63,188 nucleotides of DNA, filler included, from Collodictyon triciliatum (GCA_043381765.1; 11 parts of 11 records of this genome joined end to end with filler, not necessarily neighbours in it), one strand, 5' to 3'; counted from the first letter of the whole stretch, positions 27,368 through 38,280 are shown. Notes: generated from the sequence alone by a model not told the origin. Program-made: numbers and translations.

Positions 27368-27815
27368 TATTATTACTATTATTATTACTATTATTATTAC
27401 TATTATTATTATTACTATTATTATTGCTATTTTATTAAATCTTTTGAAACAGGCCCATGAAATCTTAAATTATACACGCCTATCTTATCTCCTATCGCAT
27501 AATATCTGGTTAAATGAAAAACACCATTGCTCTTTAAAATCTAATCTTCCGCACATAAAATTCCAGGGTCAGTACATCGGGCTAGTTAAGTTCTCATCCA
27601 GGATTCTTCCCAAAATCCGTGCGTACTACCACTCTCTGGACCGCCACAAAACGTATGACGGGAAATCTTTCGACTTGATGTACATGACCTCGTTTCTGCA
27701 AAGTATTGCAGACAACCTCACCGACTTGACCGCCGTCTTTATCGAAGGAGGTTGGACAGAAGTGGACTCGGTCCAGGACCTTGAGTACAAAGTCGATGTC
27801 TCCTGGTTTAAATAA
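24603..27815 (+). CDS. Fusion of a nitrilase/C-N hydrolase (N-carbamoylputrescine amidase-like) domain and a Cj1416/LicC-like NTP (cytidylyl) transferase domain; at least 10 exons, 5' truncated
   Basis: Exons 24603-24749, 25006-25212, 25442-25589, 25717-25817, 25916-26045, 26180-26283, 26550-26623, 26767-26884, 27011-27229 and 27567-27815, all GT-AG and phase-compatible. Nitrilase triad: E(LTLHRYF), K(QHIP), C(YDQ|WFPE). Transferase motifs: KAILLVAGQGTRLRPLT..PKCMV, SYGDIVY, QYIGLVKFS, WTEVDSVQDL. Confidence 0.85.
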
Positions 27816-28232
27816 ACCAATTTTCTGATGCGAACTGCGCAATACCCCACCACAACACATGCGTCTAGTTTTTGTTTCTTTCTTCCCATGAGGATGTTCT
27901 CGATATGTTTGATGACCTGCTTTTATTCGCATTTCCTCTACACAGATTGCATCCAGTGTTTCACAGTAGGAAAAATAACAATATGGATTTTCATAGTTAC
28001 CGTCATAGATATCTAAATGATAGAGAACGTGTTCGCGAAGTGGCGATGATGGCGAACACAAGAGGATATTCCGATTGGCTGAATTCACGAACATAAAAAG
28101 TGATACCAGGAAAAGCAAAGTGCACAAAGCAAGCGCAGCGCCCTCTTTCTGCGCGTTTGGGGCGATTATGAGATAACCAAGCGTGTATTCCATAACAAAA
28201 AAAAGTGCCATTGGGTGGCAAAGCAATGCCAT
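27594..28232 (-). CDS. Possible membrane-protein exon or ORF, antisense-overlapping the end of the fusion gene
   Basis: 212-aa ORF with two hydrophobic segments at its start. No recognisable family; its last 74 codons are antisense to a real exon. Confidence 0.25.
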   Translation of the reverse strand: MALLCHPMALFFVMEYTLGYLIIAPNAQKEGAALALCTLLFLVSLFMFVNSANRNILLCSPSSPLREHVLYHLDIYDGNYENPYCYFSYCETLDAICVEEMRIKAGHQTYREHPHGKKETKTRRMCCGGVLRSSHQKIGLFKPGDIDFVLKVLDRVHFCPTSFDKDGGQVGEVVCNTLQKRGHVHQVERFPVIRFVAVQRVVVRTDFGKNPG

Positions 28233-28866
28233 ATATAAGCATCCGGTATCATCGGGAGGATAGCAGCGTCTGATGTTGCACCCATGAGTGCGTTTGCATT
28301 TTCTTCAGAGTTTTTTCCGCTTTTTTTTTTTAAAAGAAAAGAAATAAACTTGCAAAAAATATTGTTTTTAATAGTTAATAAGGAATAATAAAAACCATCA
28401 AACTTGATGCTAAGGGACCCTCGTCACCTGCGGCGATCTGTTATCGCATTGTTCTTTAGTTAATCGTAAGGGTTTTGATGCTAGGAGAATTATATGAAAA
28501 CTTCAGGCGCTTTTTATATTTCTCCTCTCGATATATGCAAGTTTGCAAGGGTTTGGCTTTGGTTTGCTGGCTTTCATTTATGTAACCGTGGCTGAAACCC
28601 TCTTTATTTTACTTTTTATTTCTTTTTATTAATCAATCGTTTTTTTCTGTTCATTCACTAGTTTTTTTGCACTAGTTTTTTGTGAAAGGTATATGAAATC
28701 CCTTTTGTTGTTTTTACACTGGGTCTCTAAAAGCTTAACTATCTACAACTATCACCATAAAGTTTTAGATATCAATGTTAACGACTTTTAAAATAATAGA
28801 GAAGTCACAGAAAGTATCTGGAAGGACGCGACTGTAATTACTAATTAGTTTGTATTAGGATAAAGG

Positions 28867-30311
28867 ATGTTTGTTGTCGTTGCTTTTGGGTTCGTTGCAT
28901 TAGGACTTTTCCTATGGTATTCTCTGCGTATGGGGAAGAGGCATAGAAAGACAACAGCTGATACACAATATCTGTTTAAAAGGTACTTACTCTTGCCAAA
29001 AAAAAAAAAATTATCAATCAAACACCTCCACTAATTCTTTTCTCCAGTTCTCTCTTACTGATATTTATATACTTATATTTCAAAATAGGCGTCCGATGAA
29101 CTCTCCATATATCCCCGCATTCGCTGTTGCTCGAGCAAAGGTAGACCAATAGAATCAAATAAAAGTGTAATTATGCCCACCCCCTCACCTTTGAAACTAC
29201 GTGAATAATCAGAATGTAAAGAATTATGAAAACTGCTGAAATAAAAGCGTTATCATTTTGAAGAAGTATCAAAAGAGTATTTATCTGTTTAATTTATGAT
29301 GCACAATTACCCACTTATCATCGAAGGGTCGACGGCCGACCATGGAAGATAATCATTCCATCGAAATCGCAGTGGACATAGGCGTTCCTGGTTTTCATGA
29401 AGTGTCTTTCGCAAGTGTCTTTGATGGCCATGCTGGCGAAGTACGAGTGCACTGAACACCATGACTTAAAAAAGAATGTTCACCTTTGGATGACATCATA
29501 TAGATAATGGAATCAATTCAGTTGTATCTCCCCTTTCCGATTTGTTTTTCATTGTCATGAATTATTTCGTTAATCGTGCATGATTATACCCCTTACATAG
29601 GAAGCATCGAAGTATGCGCAAGAAAATCTGCACCGAAACATAATAGCTGCATTTCAAAAACAACATTCACTTAAGGAATGCGTCGATGTTGAAAAAGCCA
29701 TCAAAGCCGGCTTTGCAAAGACCGATTCAGATTTTCTTGACTTTGCTCGACAGGCACAGTATGAATATTCCATATTTGCCTATTTCTTTTCTTTATTTTT
29801 CTTCTATGAATTTTCATATTTTTACAACATTTAACACTTAATACACATGACAGTAATATTTCCTCCTTTTTATTTATTCTCATGTCACATGAATCTAACA
29901 TGGGATACCATACAAATAGAATGATAGAAGAATTGAGAACCTATTCAAATAATCCAATTATCGACAAACTATTTCAGGATATCTAGCGGGTCGACATGTG
30001 TGTCTGCATTCATCACGCATAACAGACTTATCGTGGCAAACATAGGCGATTCGCGCTCCATCCTCTGCCTCGACCGAATGAGAGCACACACCCCTGGCGG
30101 TCATTCCCTCTCAGAAACAAACATCCCGTTTGTCGAAATGTCCATCGACCACAAGCCGAACCGGCCCGATGAGCAGGCCCGTATCGAACGTGACGGCGGA
30201 TTGGTCGTCCATTTCGGGTGTTGGCGTGTTCAAGGTGTGCTAGCCACAAGCCGCTCGTTCGGGGACAAAGACTTGAAGAAGTTTGTCATATCAGAGCCGG
30301 AGTTGATTGAG
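28867..30311 (+). CDS. PP2C/PPM-family Ser/Thr phosphatase with an N-terminal membrane anchor (PPM1L-like), 3' truncated
   Basis: Starts MFVVVAFGFVALGLFLWYSL. Spliced motifs are K|GRRPTMED, VFDGHAG, SGSTC, VANIGDSR, SIDHKP and RVQGVLATSRSFGD. Confidence 0.88.
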
Positions 30312-30739
30312 GTTAACTTTAAATTATATATGAGTGACTTTCTGATTCTCATGACAAATGATAATCATTCACGTGATGCTTTCTTCTTCTTTTTCCTTTC
30401 TTTTCTTCTTTTCTTCTTTTCTTCTTTTCTTCTTTTCTTCTTTTCTTCTTTTCTTCTTTTCTTCTTTTCTTCTTTTCTTCTTTTCTTCTTTTCTTCTTTT
30501 NNNNNNNNNNNNNNNNNNNNNNNNNNNNNNNNNNNNNNNNNNNNTTAATTAATTAANNNNNNNNNNNNNNNNNNNNNNNNNNNNNNNNNNNNNNNNNNNN
30601 AAAAAGAGAGAAAAAAAAAAGAGAAAAAAAAAGAGAGAAAAAAAAAAAGAGAGAAAAAAAAAAAGAGAGATAAAAAAAAGGGAGATAAAAAAAAAGATGA
30701 AAAGGAGAGCCCAAAGCTAATAAGTCTACACTCACCCAA

Positions 30740-33700
30740 TTAGTCATGGTAAATAGGAGGGTCAGCCAGCTGCCGTAGTAGAAATCTGTTGGGCTGAGAT
30801 GAATTTGCCATATCAGACGAGACTTTGTCGCCAATAAGCGTTGAATGGGACGTCCAAATAAGATGAAGAACAAACATATGTTTTTCATCATCTAATTTTG
30901 GAATCCAAACATAGATAAATCCATTTTCACCAGTGGTTATGAGTGTCTTGTAATCAGTGTTATATTTGACCGCACGCACTTGGTTATGAATCTGCTGCTC
31001 GAGTAGCATTCCATCTCCATGTTTCTTCACATTCAATATACGTAAAAATCCGTCACGACAACCAAAAACGACATATTCTTCGGAGTTGAGTGTCATCGTA
31101 TCATACGCATAGATAGGTGTTTCGCCTTCATACAGTATCACCTGATTTGACCGGAGTGCATCAAAAGAAAAATCAAACCGATAAAGGAGTCCAGCTTCAT
31201 CGCCTACAATCACAGAAAGGTTGTTATCACCATGGTATTTTGTAAAAATTGGTTCATTTGGACTTGTAAATCCGTCTTCTAGTTCATGTTGAATAATAAG
31301 GTCATCAGAAATTTCCAATCTTCCGTTTTGGTCGTTGTATTTGACCTCTTTGCACGTAATGCTTGATTCATCGCATATAAATATCATTTTTTTGTCGGAT
31401 AATATCTTCAGCCCAAATGAATTTACAGAATCATTCACTAACTTGGTCCTATCGTGCTGATATATTTTTGGATATTCATGACCCTCCAAATATTCCTCAT
31501 ACAACCTCACAGCATACAACCCCTTATTGGTGGAGTAAAGCATAAATTCCTCTACATCAGTGTGGAGGGTGAAGTGACGGATTCTATCGGTGTCTTCGAC
31601 AAATAAACACGGGTCGGTGTCATATTCAAGTGGAGTCAGTTCGAATATTTTTTTCTCTTCAGAGCTTAGTTGAAAATATACTTTAATTTTTGAGACTGCA
31701 ATGGTTGCGACAAGCGACCGAACCATCCCATCTACTACTACTGTTTTTAAACAATTGCCGGTAGAATATTCCCATACCTTGATTTTCCTATCGCTACTTC
31801 CAGTTACGATGACCTTTGATGATTCAAGTAGCCTGTCGATTTCGGACCCCCCTACAGAGGTACTTTTGTAACCCATTTCTGAATCGCATGTTGCTACCAG
31901 GGACAATGTATTGATAGCTTTTTGATGCCCAGAAGCCTTCTTCAGAAGCTCTCTTGAACTTATGCTCCAAATCCATGCCGACTTATCTTGACTACAACCC
32001 AGCAAGTAGTATTCTTTTTCATATTTGAATACATTCATGTGTGAGATCTCTCGGGCGTGTCCGTAAAAAGGTCTAATTATCACTCCCTCATTCACATTCC
32101 ACATATAAACCATGCGATCAGCTCCAGAGGAGATCAAATAATCCGAATTGCCTGTATCTGAGGGAACCCATTGGATGTCACGAATCCCCTTTTTGTGTTC
32201 ATCTTTCAATTTGATAGGCTTAGAATTTAAAAAGTCCGTGTCGAAGATTAAAACCTCGCGATCTATAGCAACTGCAATTTTATACCGATTTTGATAACTA
32301 ATAACCCGAATTGCTCGGACTTGCATGTTTTCGGAATTCAGGAGCAAAGGATCGCCTAGAGAAATGGTTTTTGTATTGGAATCAAAAAATATTTCATGAT
32401 ACTCAATATGCGGCAATGTACCTCCAAATATGATGTATATTTTGTCTTCTTTCTTGAAAAAATTGAGAGAGTTTATCGAGCCGCTATATTTGATTTGTTT
32501 AATCAGTAAATCTTCGATATTGTTATAAGATATCTTTGGGTCATACAAAAAGAAAGCCAAAGTTCCATCCATGGTGCTAACAGCAAAAAAGACTTCAGGA
32601 TTTTTGGTCAGTCCGAACAAGTCATCAATATTGTCGCTGCATTGTATTTCAAGAATTTGACCACCTTTCAAAAAGTCTGCTGGTATTACTATCTTTTTTG
32701 AACACATCGTGGCGTCCCATATGTAAATGGCACCCGTCTTATCTCCACTGATTATAAAAGTATCGTTCTCCTTCTTCACTAAAGATATTGCAGATATGAT
32801 TCCGCTGTCGTGGCTCATATTCACCAATGATTCGCAAGTATCCAAATCCCAAGCTAAAATCATATTATCAGATGCTGTGTAGAATTGCACAATCTCATCC
32901 GTTGCATATATTGCAGCGTAATTTACGGGGAATTTATGGACGAGTTTTGGAAGCTGCCCAAAATTCACCTTGTCGAGAACAGCCTTGTCAAATTTGCATC
33001 CTCGTAAATCAGCATCCTTAAATGTAGATCCAGTCAAATCAGAAAAAGAGAAGTCCACATATTGTAAAACAGACTGAGACAGATCAGCTTTCGGAATGCG
33101 TATATTTCGAAAGTCTTCTTTGTGAATTGGGATTCTAGCAAAATTCAGAATAGTAATGGCGGAACTAGCCGACTTTGCAGATTCGTTATGATGGCTTCTG
33201 CTTGAAGAATCTTTTATGATTCTTACCAACTTTTTTCTGAATGATTCATGTCTAGAGGCATAATCAGCAATAAACTGTTTTACAACGTGGTCTTTCTCAT
33301 CGAGCAAAGGGAGAATATTCAATTCTTTGGTTCCATTTTCTCCCCTAGCAGCATTAATTTCTTTAATAGCCAGTTTGGCGAGAAAGAATTCATGAATGGA
33401 GCGATGCACAAAGCCATAATTCTCTTGGGTGGCAGTGCTTTGAAATTTCCTTATCAGGACTCCCTTTCGGGTTTCATTTAACTCGAATGTGTTGCCAAAA
33501 AACATTGCCCACTTATCCCCACCACGGCCACCACCGCTCGACCTTTGAACTTGAGCCACAACAGCTCTATTTTCGAGGAGTTTTCTTGCAAAAAGCATGG
33601 AAAAATCCTCAAAGGTTGTAGTATTGAAGTATTTAGGGATTATCGAAGCATCAGACATCTTCTTGTGCCAAAAGTCAACAAATTTTTCGTAAATATCATA

Positions 33701-36502
33701 TCGAGATAGCTGCATGTGAGAGTCTAATTTTCTTTCGTGCATGTATTTTGGAAGAACTTTCATAATCAAGGATAGAATGAAGGGAGATTGCGAAGACTCC
33801 TTTAGACTTGGCGATCTAAATATCTGAGAAGTAATGGTTTCGGTGGAATATATAGTTTCAGGGTTGAGACCAACATACTGTCTCACATATTCTTCAATCT
33901 CAAAGTCTCCAAAGGGCTTCACTATGATATACTGAGTTGAACTCTGGTCCCATTCATTTCCAAGGCCAAATAATTCGTCCAAATCTCTTCTTGTCTCCTG
34001 AAGATTGTACCGATATGTGATAATAACATGATGCTTTTGAATGAATGATTTATTCTCACGAATTATCTTAAGTGCTCCCGCTTCATTTAGTTCGTCGTAA
34101 CCATCCATAATGAAAACGACTTTTCCATGCCTTTCAATCATTTCATATTCTGATGGAATGCTCTTTTTTAAATAATCCTTGATGTTTTTTGGATTTTCAA
34201 CAACCGGCAGGTTGATGAATATAGGGTAAGCCCCTGTCTGTTGCAAATAGAGCTTTCTTAGCCGATCTGTCTCTTTTTTAACAAACGTAGACTTTCCCGA
34301 CCCTGATTTACCCAGGACCACAAGCGTTCCAGGAGAGTCGTTCAGGAAGCTGTCGACCAATTTTTCAGCCACTTCAATGTTTTCATCATTAATGTTTCTA
34401 TATGCATTAATTTGTACATATACACTGTCCTCCTCAGCTTCATGTTGGTCATTAACGTTTGAGTTTTCAGAAGACGAGCTATGGGCTATCTCATGAGTTT
34501 TTATCTTGTTTTGGTAGTCTTCAGAACCTGTTTCAAATAAATTTGTGGGTATACTCTGCTCATCTGTTCTTGAATTAATAATGTATAACTTTTCGAGATT
34601 TCGACCAAAATCTCTTTCAACTAAGTCTATGAATTGATTTCTAGGCGATTTCGGTTGCATTTTGTAGGCCTTTTCATTACTCCTCTGCAGTATATTCTTT
34701 ACAGCTCTGGAATAGATGTCGTTGGTAATGAGCTTACGGAGATGGTGAATGACATGAGTGCCGTAATATGGCCTTTGCTTGCTGATAAAAAGGTCACTTG
34801 TCATTTCCTCAACAATAGAAAAGGAAAATTTAGAACAATCCCTGACAGGTAACTCAGCCAAGTGTATGAATTCCACCACAACAAACCATGCGAATTCGCT
34901 TGTCTTATCGGTCTCAAAAATATATTCAGCAAATACCTTGGCATCGTGTAATTTGTGGGCCAGAATCAAAGACCTAAAGAATATGAAATTATCGTACCAG
35001 ATTTCACGGTCACGCTCCTTAATAAACCTCCTTCTTGTAGAGTGATATACATCTATTACACTATTTGAGCTTGATGGTTGTTCTTCCTCGATTTCAGAGT
35101 AGTTTGTGTACTTATGATTCTTTCCTGGCATCTTTAATTTTTCTTCCTGGTATTTTATGTGAAAGGATTTCCCACCAAACAAGCGAATAAGGCCTTGATA
35201 AATCTTTTCAAAGACTGGATTCAGTTCCGGATTAAGATTGTGCGGTGACTGCACCAATGTCTTGCAGATGCGGTCATAATCATATTCTTCCTTGCCCTCT
35301 TGACTTAATTTTAAATGGAAATTTTTTATAGCGAGAGAGTCCAACAAAAACCCAAAAGCAATCATCATATCTGTACTGCTGTTGTCCCAGTAAGGGTTAA
35401 CACTGAGCATAACGACCTTTTTGATCGCACAATATATTAACTGTTTCAAGAACCGGTCGAAGACTGGTATATCAATGAAAAGAATAGACCGGGCTACTGA
35501 TTGCAGGAAATTAGGATCAGTTGATAGTAGTGTATACATCGCCCCGTCTTTATTATGATGTCTTTTTCCAGATTTTACCTCTGAAGTATCACGTTTCTCT
35601 TCTCTTTCTTTCTCTACTCCTTTTTTCCCACCTTCTGCATCGTCACCCATTTTCTCTATCTCAGATGCTTCGACTTTTTCCTTTGCTTGTCGAGCCAATA
35701 TTTTCCACAATTGAAAGCAAATGACCTTTTGATGACTTTCAGCTAAAATCCCGAGTTCAAAAACATCTCGGACAGCAACATCTTCGTTAGCTGCCTTCCT
35801 TAGGATATGAAGAACGAGTGGCATGTGACTAGCACCTTTGCCGAAGCGAATGAGATAAGCAATCTCTAGGAGGTTTCTGGGTGCGTGGGGTAAGATAAAA
35901 TTTTCCAATTCGAGGAAAGTTTCTCTAGTACTGAGTGATTTTTGCACAGGTCCTCCATCACTTTCTTTATCTGTCTTGGGGTCTTGTGTCTTCATTTCAT
36001 CTTCTCCTGAGATTCTTGTTTGTCGGCTATCAGAGGCGACAGCATCTTTATTATCAGGACTTTTTTTCTTATCTGATTCCTGCGTTTCTTTATCTCCTTC
36101 GTCCTTGTGGGATTTTTCTATTGCTTCGGATGATATAACAACATTGGGGCGGCCTGAAGAGAAAGTGTTTCCTCCTCCACGTATACGAGGGGATATGAGG
36201 ATGCAAGGTTGTCTATACACATCACCCTGACTTGTCAAATACGGAGTCTTTGCCCAATCCAACGAAACAAATGCGTGGTGGTGTATCATTTTGTATAAAA
36301 GGTGCTGGTAATTTGTAGATTCTTGCATATGAGCCCACAAGAAGGAGCTCAGATATGGTTCTATAATCACCTGTGCTGGAAGCCACTCACTCAGGTCAGT
36401 GGGGCTCCTCACTTCTGCCAGGATAGTACATTCGTCGCTGGTGTTTGGACCAGAGCCCAGACGAATTCGGACATAGTCTTGATCGTTGAGTTGGGTCTCC
36501 AT
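30740..36502 (-). CDS. Intronless STAND/NLR-like protein: unknown N-terminal region, NACHT NTPase, pentapeptide repeats and WD40 repeats (1920 aa)
   Basis: Walker A VLGKSGSGKST, Walker B VFIMDGYDEL, PFILSL, winged-helix YGFVHRSIHEFFLA, SAITILNFA, pentapeptides ADLSQSVLQYVDFSFSDLTGSTFKDADLRGCKFDKAVL, and WD motifs such as LISSGADRMVYMWN and VTGSSDRKIKVWE. Confidence 0.9.
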   Translation of the reverse strand: METQLNDQDYVRIRLGSGPNTSDECTILAEVRSPTDLSEWLPAQVIIEPYLSSFLWAHMQESTNYQHLLYKMIHHHAFVSLDWAKTPYLTSQGDVYRQPCILISPRIRGGGNTFSSGRPNVVISSEAIEKSHKDEGDKETQESDKKKSPDNKDAVASDSRQTRISGEDEMKTQDPKTDKESDGGPVQKSLSTRETFLELENFILPHAPRNLLEIAYLIRFGKGASHMPLVLHILRKAANEDVAVRDVFELGILAESHQKVICFQLWKILARQAKEKVEASEIEKMGDDAEGGKKGVEKEREEKRDTSEVKSGKRHHNKDGAMYTLLSTDPNFLQSVARSILFIDIPVFDRFLKQLIYCAIKKVVMLSVNPYWDNSSTDMMIAFGFLLDSLAIKNFHLKLSQEGKEEYDYDRICKTLVQSPHNLNPELNPVFEKIYQGLIRLFGGKSFHIKYQEEKLKMPGKNHKYTNYSEIEEEQPSSSNSVIDVYHSTRRRFIKERDREIWYDNFIFFRSLILAHKLHDAKVFAEYIFETDKTSEFAWFVVVEFIHLAELPVRDCSKFSFSIVEEMTSDLFISKQRPYYGTHVIHHLRKLITNDIYSRAVKNILQRSNEKAYKMQPKSPRNQFIDLVERDFGRNLEKLYIINSRTDEQSIPTNLFETGSEDYQNKIKTHEIAHSSSSENSNVNDQHEAEEDSVYVQINAYRNINDENIEVAEKLVDSFLNDSPGTLVVLGKSGSGKSTFVKKETDRLRKLYLQQTGAYPIFINLPVVENPKNIKDYLKKSIPSEYEMIERHGKVVFIMDGYDELNEAGALKIIRENKSFIQKHHVIITYRYNLQETRRDLDELFGLGNEWDQSSTQYIIVKPFGDFEIEEYVRQYVGLNPETIYSTETITSQIFRSPSLKESSQSPFILSLIMKVLPKYMHERKLDSHMQLSRYDIYEKFVDFWHKKMSDASIIPKYFNTTTFEDFSMLFARKLLENRAVVAQVQRSSGGGRGGDKWAMFFGNTFELNETRKGVLIRKFQSTATQENYGFVHRSIHEFFLAKLAIKEINAARGENGTKELNILPLLDEKDHVVKQFIADYASRHESFRKKLVRIIKDSSSRSHHNESAKSASSAITILNFARIPIHKEDFRNIRIPKADLSQSVLQYVDFSFSDLTGSTFKDADLRGCKFDKAVLDKVNFGQLPKLVHKFPVNYAAIYATDEIVQFYTASDNMILAWDLDTCESLVNMSHDSGIISAISLVKKENDTFIISGDKTGAIYIWDATMCSKKIVIPADFLKGGQILEIQCSDNIDDLFGLTKNPEVFFAVSTMDGTLAFFLYDPKISYNNIEDLLIKQIKYSGSINSLNFFKKEDKIYIIFGGTLPHIEYHEIFFDSNTKTISLGDPLLLNSENMQVRAIRVISYQNRYKIAVAIDREVLIFDTDFLNSKPIKLKDEHKKGIRDIQWVPSDTGNSDYLISSGADRMVYMWNVNEGVIIRPFYGHAREISHMNVFKYEKEYYLLGCSQDKSAWIWSISSRELLKKASGHQKAINTLSLVATCDSEMGYKSTSVGGSEIDRLLESSKVIVTGSSDRKIKVWEYSTGNCLKTVVVDGMVRSLVATIAVSKIKVYFQLSSEEKKIFELTPLEYDTDPCLFVEDTDRIRHFTLHTDVEEFMLYSTNKGLYAVRLYEEYLEGHEYPKIYQHDRTKLVNDSVNSFGLKILSDKKMIFICDESSITCKEVKYNDQNGRLEISDDLIIQHELEDGFTSPNEPIFTKYHGDNNLSVIVGDEAGLLYRFDFSFDALRSNQVILYEGETPIYAYDTMTLNSEEYVVFGCRDGFLRILNVKKHGDGMLLEQQIHNQVRAVKYNTDYKTLITTGENGFIYVWIPKLDDEKHMFVLHLIWTSHSTLIGDKVSSDMANSSQPNRFLLRQLADPPIYHD

Positions 36503-37776
36503 CCGAGGCCTTTACAAACTGGTTGGAGGTTGTTTTTTTTAAGAGGCAATCGTAAGTGTTTTTTTCTTTGGAGATATATGCGGCGGAATACGACTAGACG
36601 AAAATGAAAATTATGAATGAAGAAAAGAGAGAAGAAAAGAGAGAAGAAAAGAGAGAAGAAAAGAGAGAAGAAAAGAGAGAAGAAAAGAGAGAAGAAAAGA
36701 GAGAAGAAAAGAGAGAAGAAAAGAGAGAAGAANNNNNNNNNNNNNNNNNNNNNNNNNNNNNNNNNNNNNNNNNNNNTTAATTAATTAANNNNNNNNNNNN
36801 NNNNNNNNNNNNNNNNNNNNNNNNNNNNNNNNTAAAATCCGCCTTTCCTCTTGTATAAGGGCAAAGGTTAACAGGAGAAAAATTCCCGAAGAGCCGTGCC
36901 TCCCATGGCTCGGCTACTTCTTCTCCAAAAAAAAACCTTGAAAGGATGATGCGTCCTTTCTCGTAAAACTTCCTTCGTTGGCTACCAACAAAAAAAAAAT
37001 GAACCCCTCTTTCTTGCACAAAAAATCAACCCTTCACTATCAAAACAAACAACACAAAATCTCTTCCCCTGAACCGAATAATGGGGAACCCCCCAAAAAA
37101 GAATAAAGACAACCGAACCACGAAGCTCTTATGATAAGCGTTTATTACTTTTTTCTGCGTGTTTTTGTGCATGTTTTTGTGCATGTTTTTGTGTGTTCTT
37201 TGTACATTTTTGTGTATTTTGTGTTTTCGTGTGTTTTTGTCTATGTTTTTGTGGGATTTATATAAGTTTGCGCATGGGGTTATTGTTTCAAGTGAGAAGA
37301 CCCTGTTGGGTGCTGATTCACTTTTCCTTTATTCGATCCAAGGCACACATCTTCTAGAGTTGCAGGATGTTAGTATTTTATAACTCTCGCCATCATTAAT
37401 ACCTGCTTCAACTCGTGCAAGACAGCGGAGGTTTTTTCGTTGATTCGACGTTTCTACGAACGAACACGAATGCATCACGCGGGGTACGGTATTTCGTCCC
37501 TTTGTCGGGCGCAATCAACCGAGCCCAAATGCCATCTCATTCTGGCGTGCCCGCATTTTCGGCGAATGTTGAGGTGCAACTGGTTCCACATTTGAAAAAT
37601 CGTCTCGTGAGTTGCAAAACAGTATAAGTACACATGGTCTTTTGCCATTTTTCCAAACACTATTCTGAGTGTTGTTCACAAATCAGTCAATACTGGGGAA
37701 CAAGCAAACCGTGTCATGAAAATTAACTCAAACCTACCCGTGCCATTATGACCTTGAGCCGCACTGATACTAACTC

Positions 37777-38280
37777 ATGAGGAACCTCAAAGACTTGAGC
37801 CCCGAGCAAGCAACTAAACAAATGGCGATTGCGAGCAAACCTGCCGTATCCCAACCCGACACACCCCAGGTCAACCTGACTGCCGTCTTCAGCAACGAAG
37901 CAGCCCTTCGACGAGGATTCACGCTGCTGCTCTTCATCCAACTCGTGACGACGCTCCACCGCGAATACGACATCGTTCCTGTGGCAACCCGCACGAACGT
38001 CGTCTGTGCGATATGCTACATCGTTCGGCTGAAACGGAAGGGCTGCAGAATCGCACCAGATCAGATCAACTCTGCCTTCATCGGCGCCCTCGTCACTGCA
38101 TGCAGAACTTCCCACGAGCTGGGCTACGACTTCAGCGCTTTTGCTCTCCTGACTGGCCTAAGTCCCACGCGGGTTCAGGAGCTCTATGTGGACTTCTTCG
38201 ACCTCATAGGCCACGATCCTGTGATAACCCCTGAGGAAGAAGCTGAAGCCACCAAGTACTGCAGTTCTCTGGGTCTGTAA
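37777..38280 (+). CDS. Intronless, divergent PHO80/P-type cyclin-box-like protein (167 aa)
   Basis: VVCAICYIVRL...INSAFIGALVTACR...YDFSAFALLTGLSPTRVQELYVDFFDLIGHD follows the spacing of the PHO80-like cyclin box (A..Y.DRL...A.K...Y...A...G....LN.LE..FL). Several conserved residues are substituted. Confidence 0.5.
   Translation: MRNLKDLSPEQATKQMAIASKPAVSQPDTPQVNLTAVFSNEAALRRGFTLLLFIQLVTTLHREYDIVPVATRTNVVCAICYIVRLKRKGCRIAPDQINSAFIGALVTACRTSHELGYDFSAFALLTGLSPTRVQELYVDFFDLIGHDPVITPEEEAEATKYCSSLGL

Noticed and set aside
29754-29765. GC donor in the PP2C gene (CAG|GCACAG)
   Set aside because: The GT donor 5 nt downstream (CA|GTATGA) gives the correct phase into ISSGSTC, so no non-canonical site is needed.
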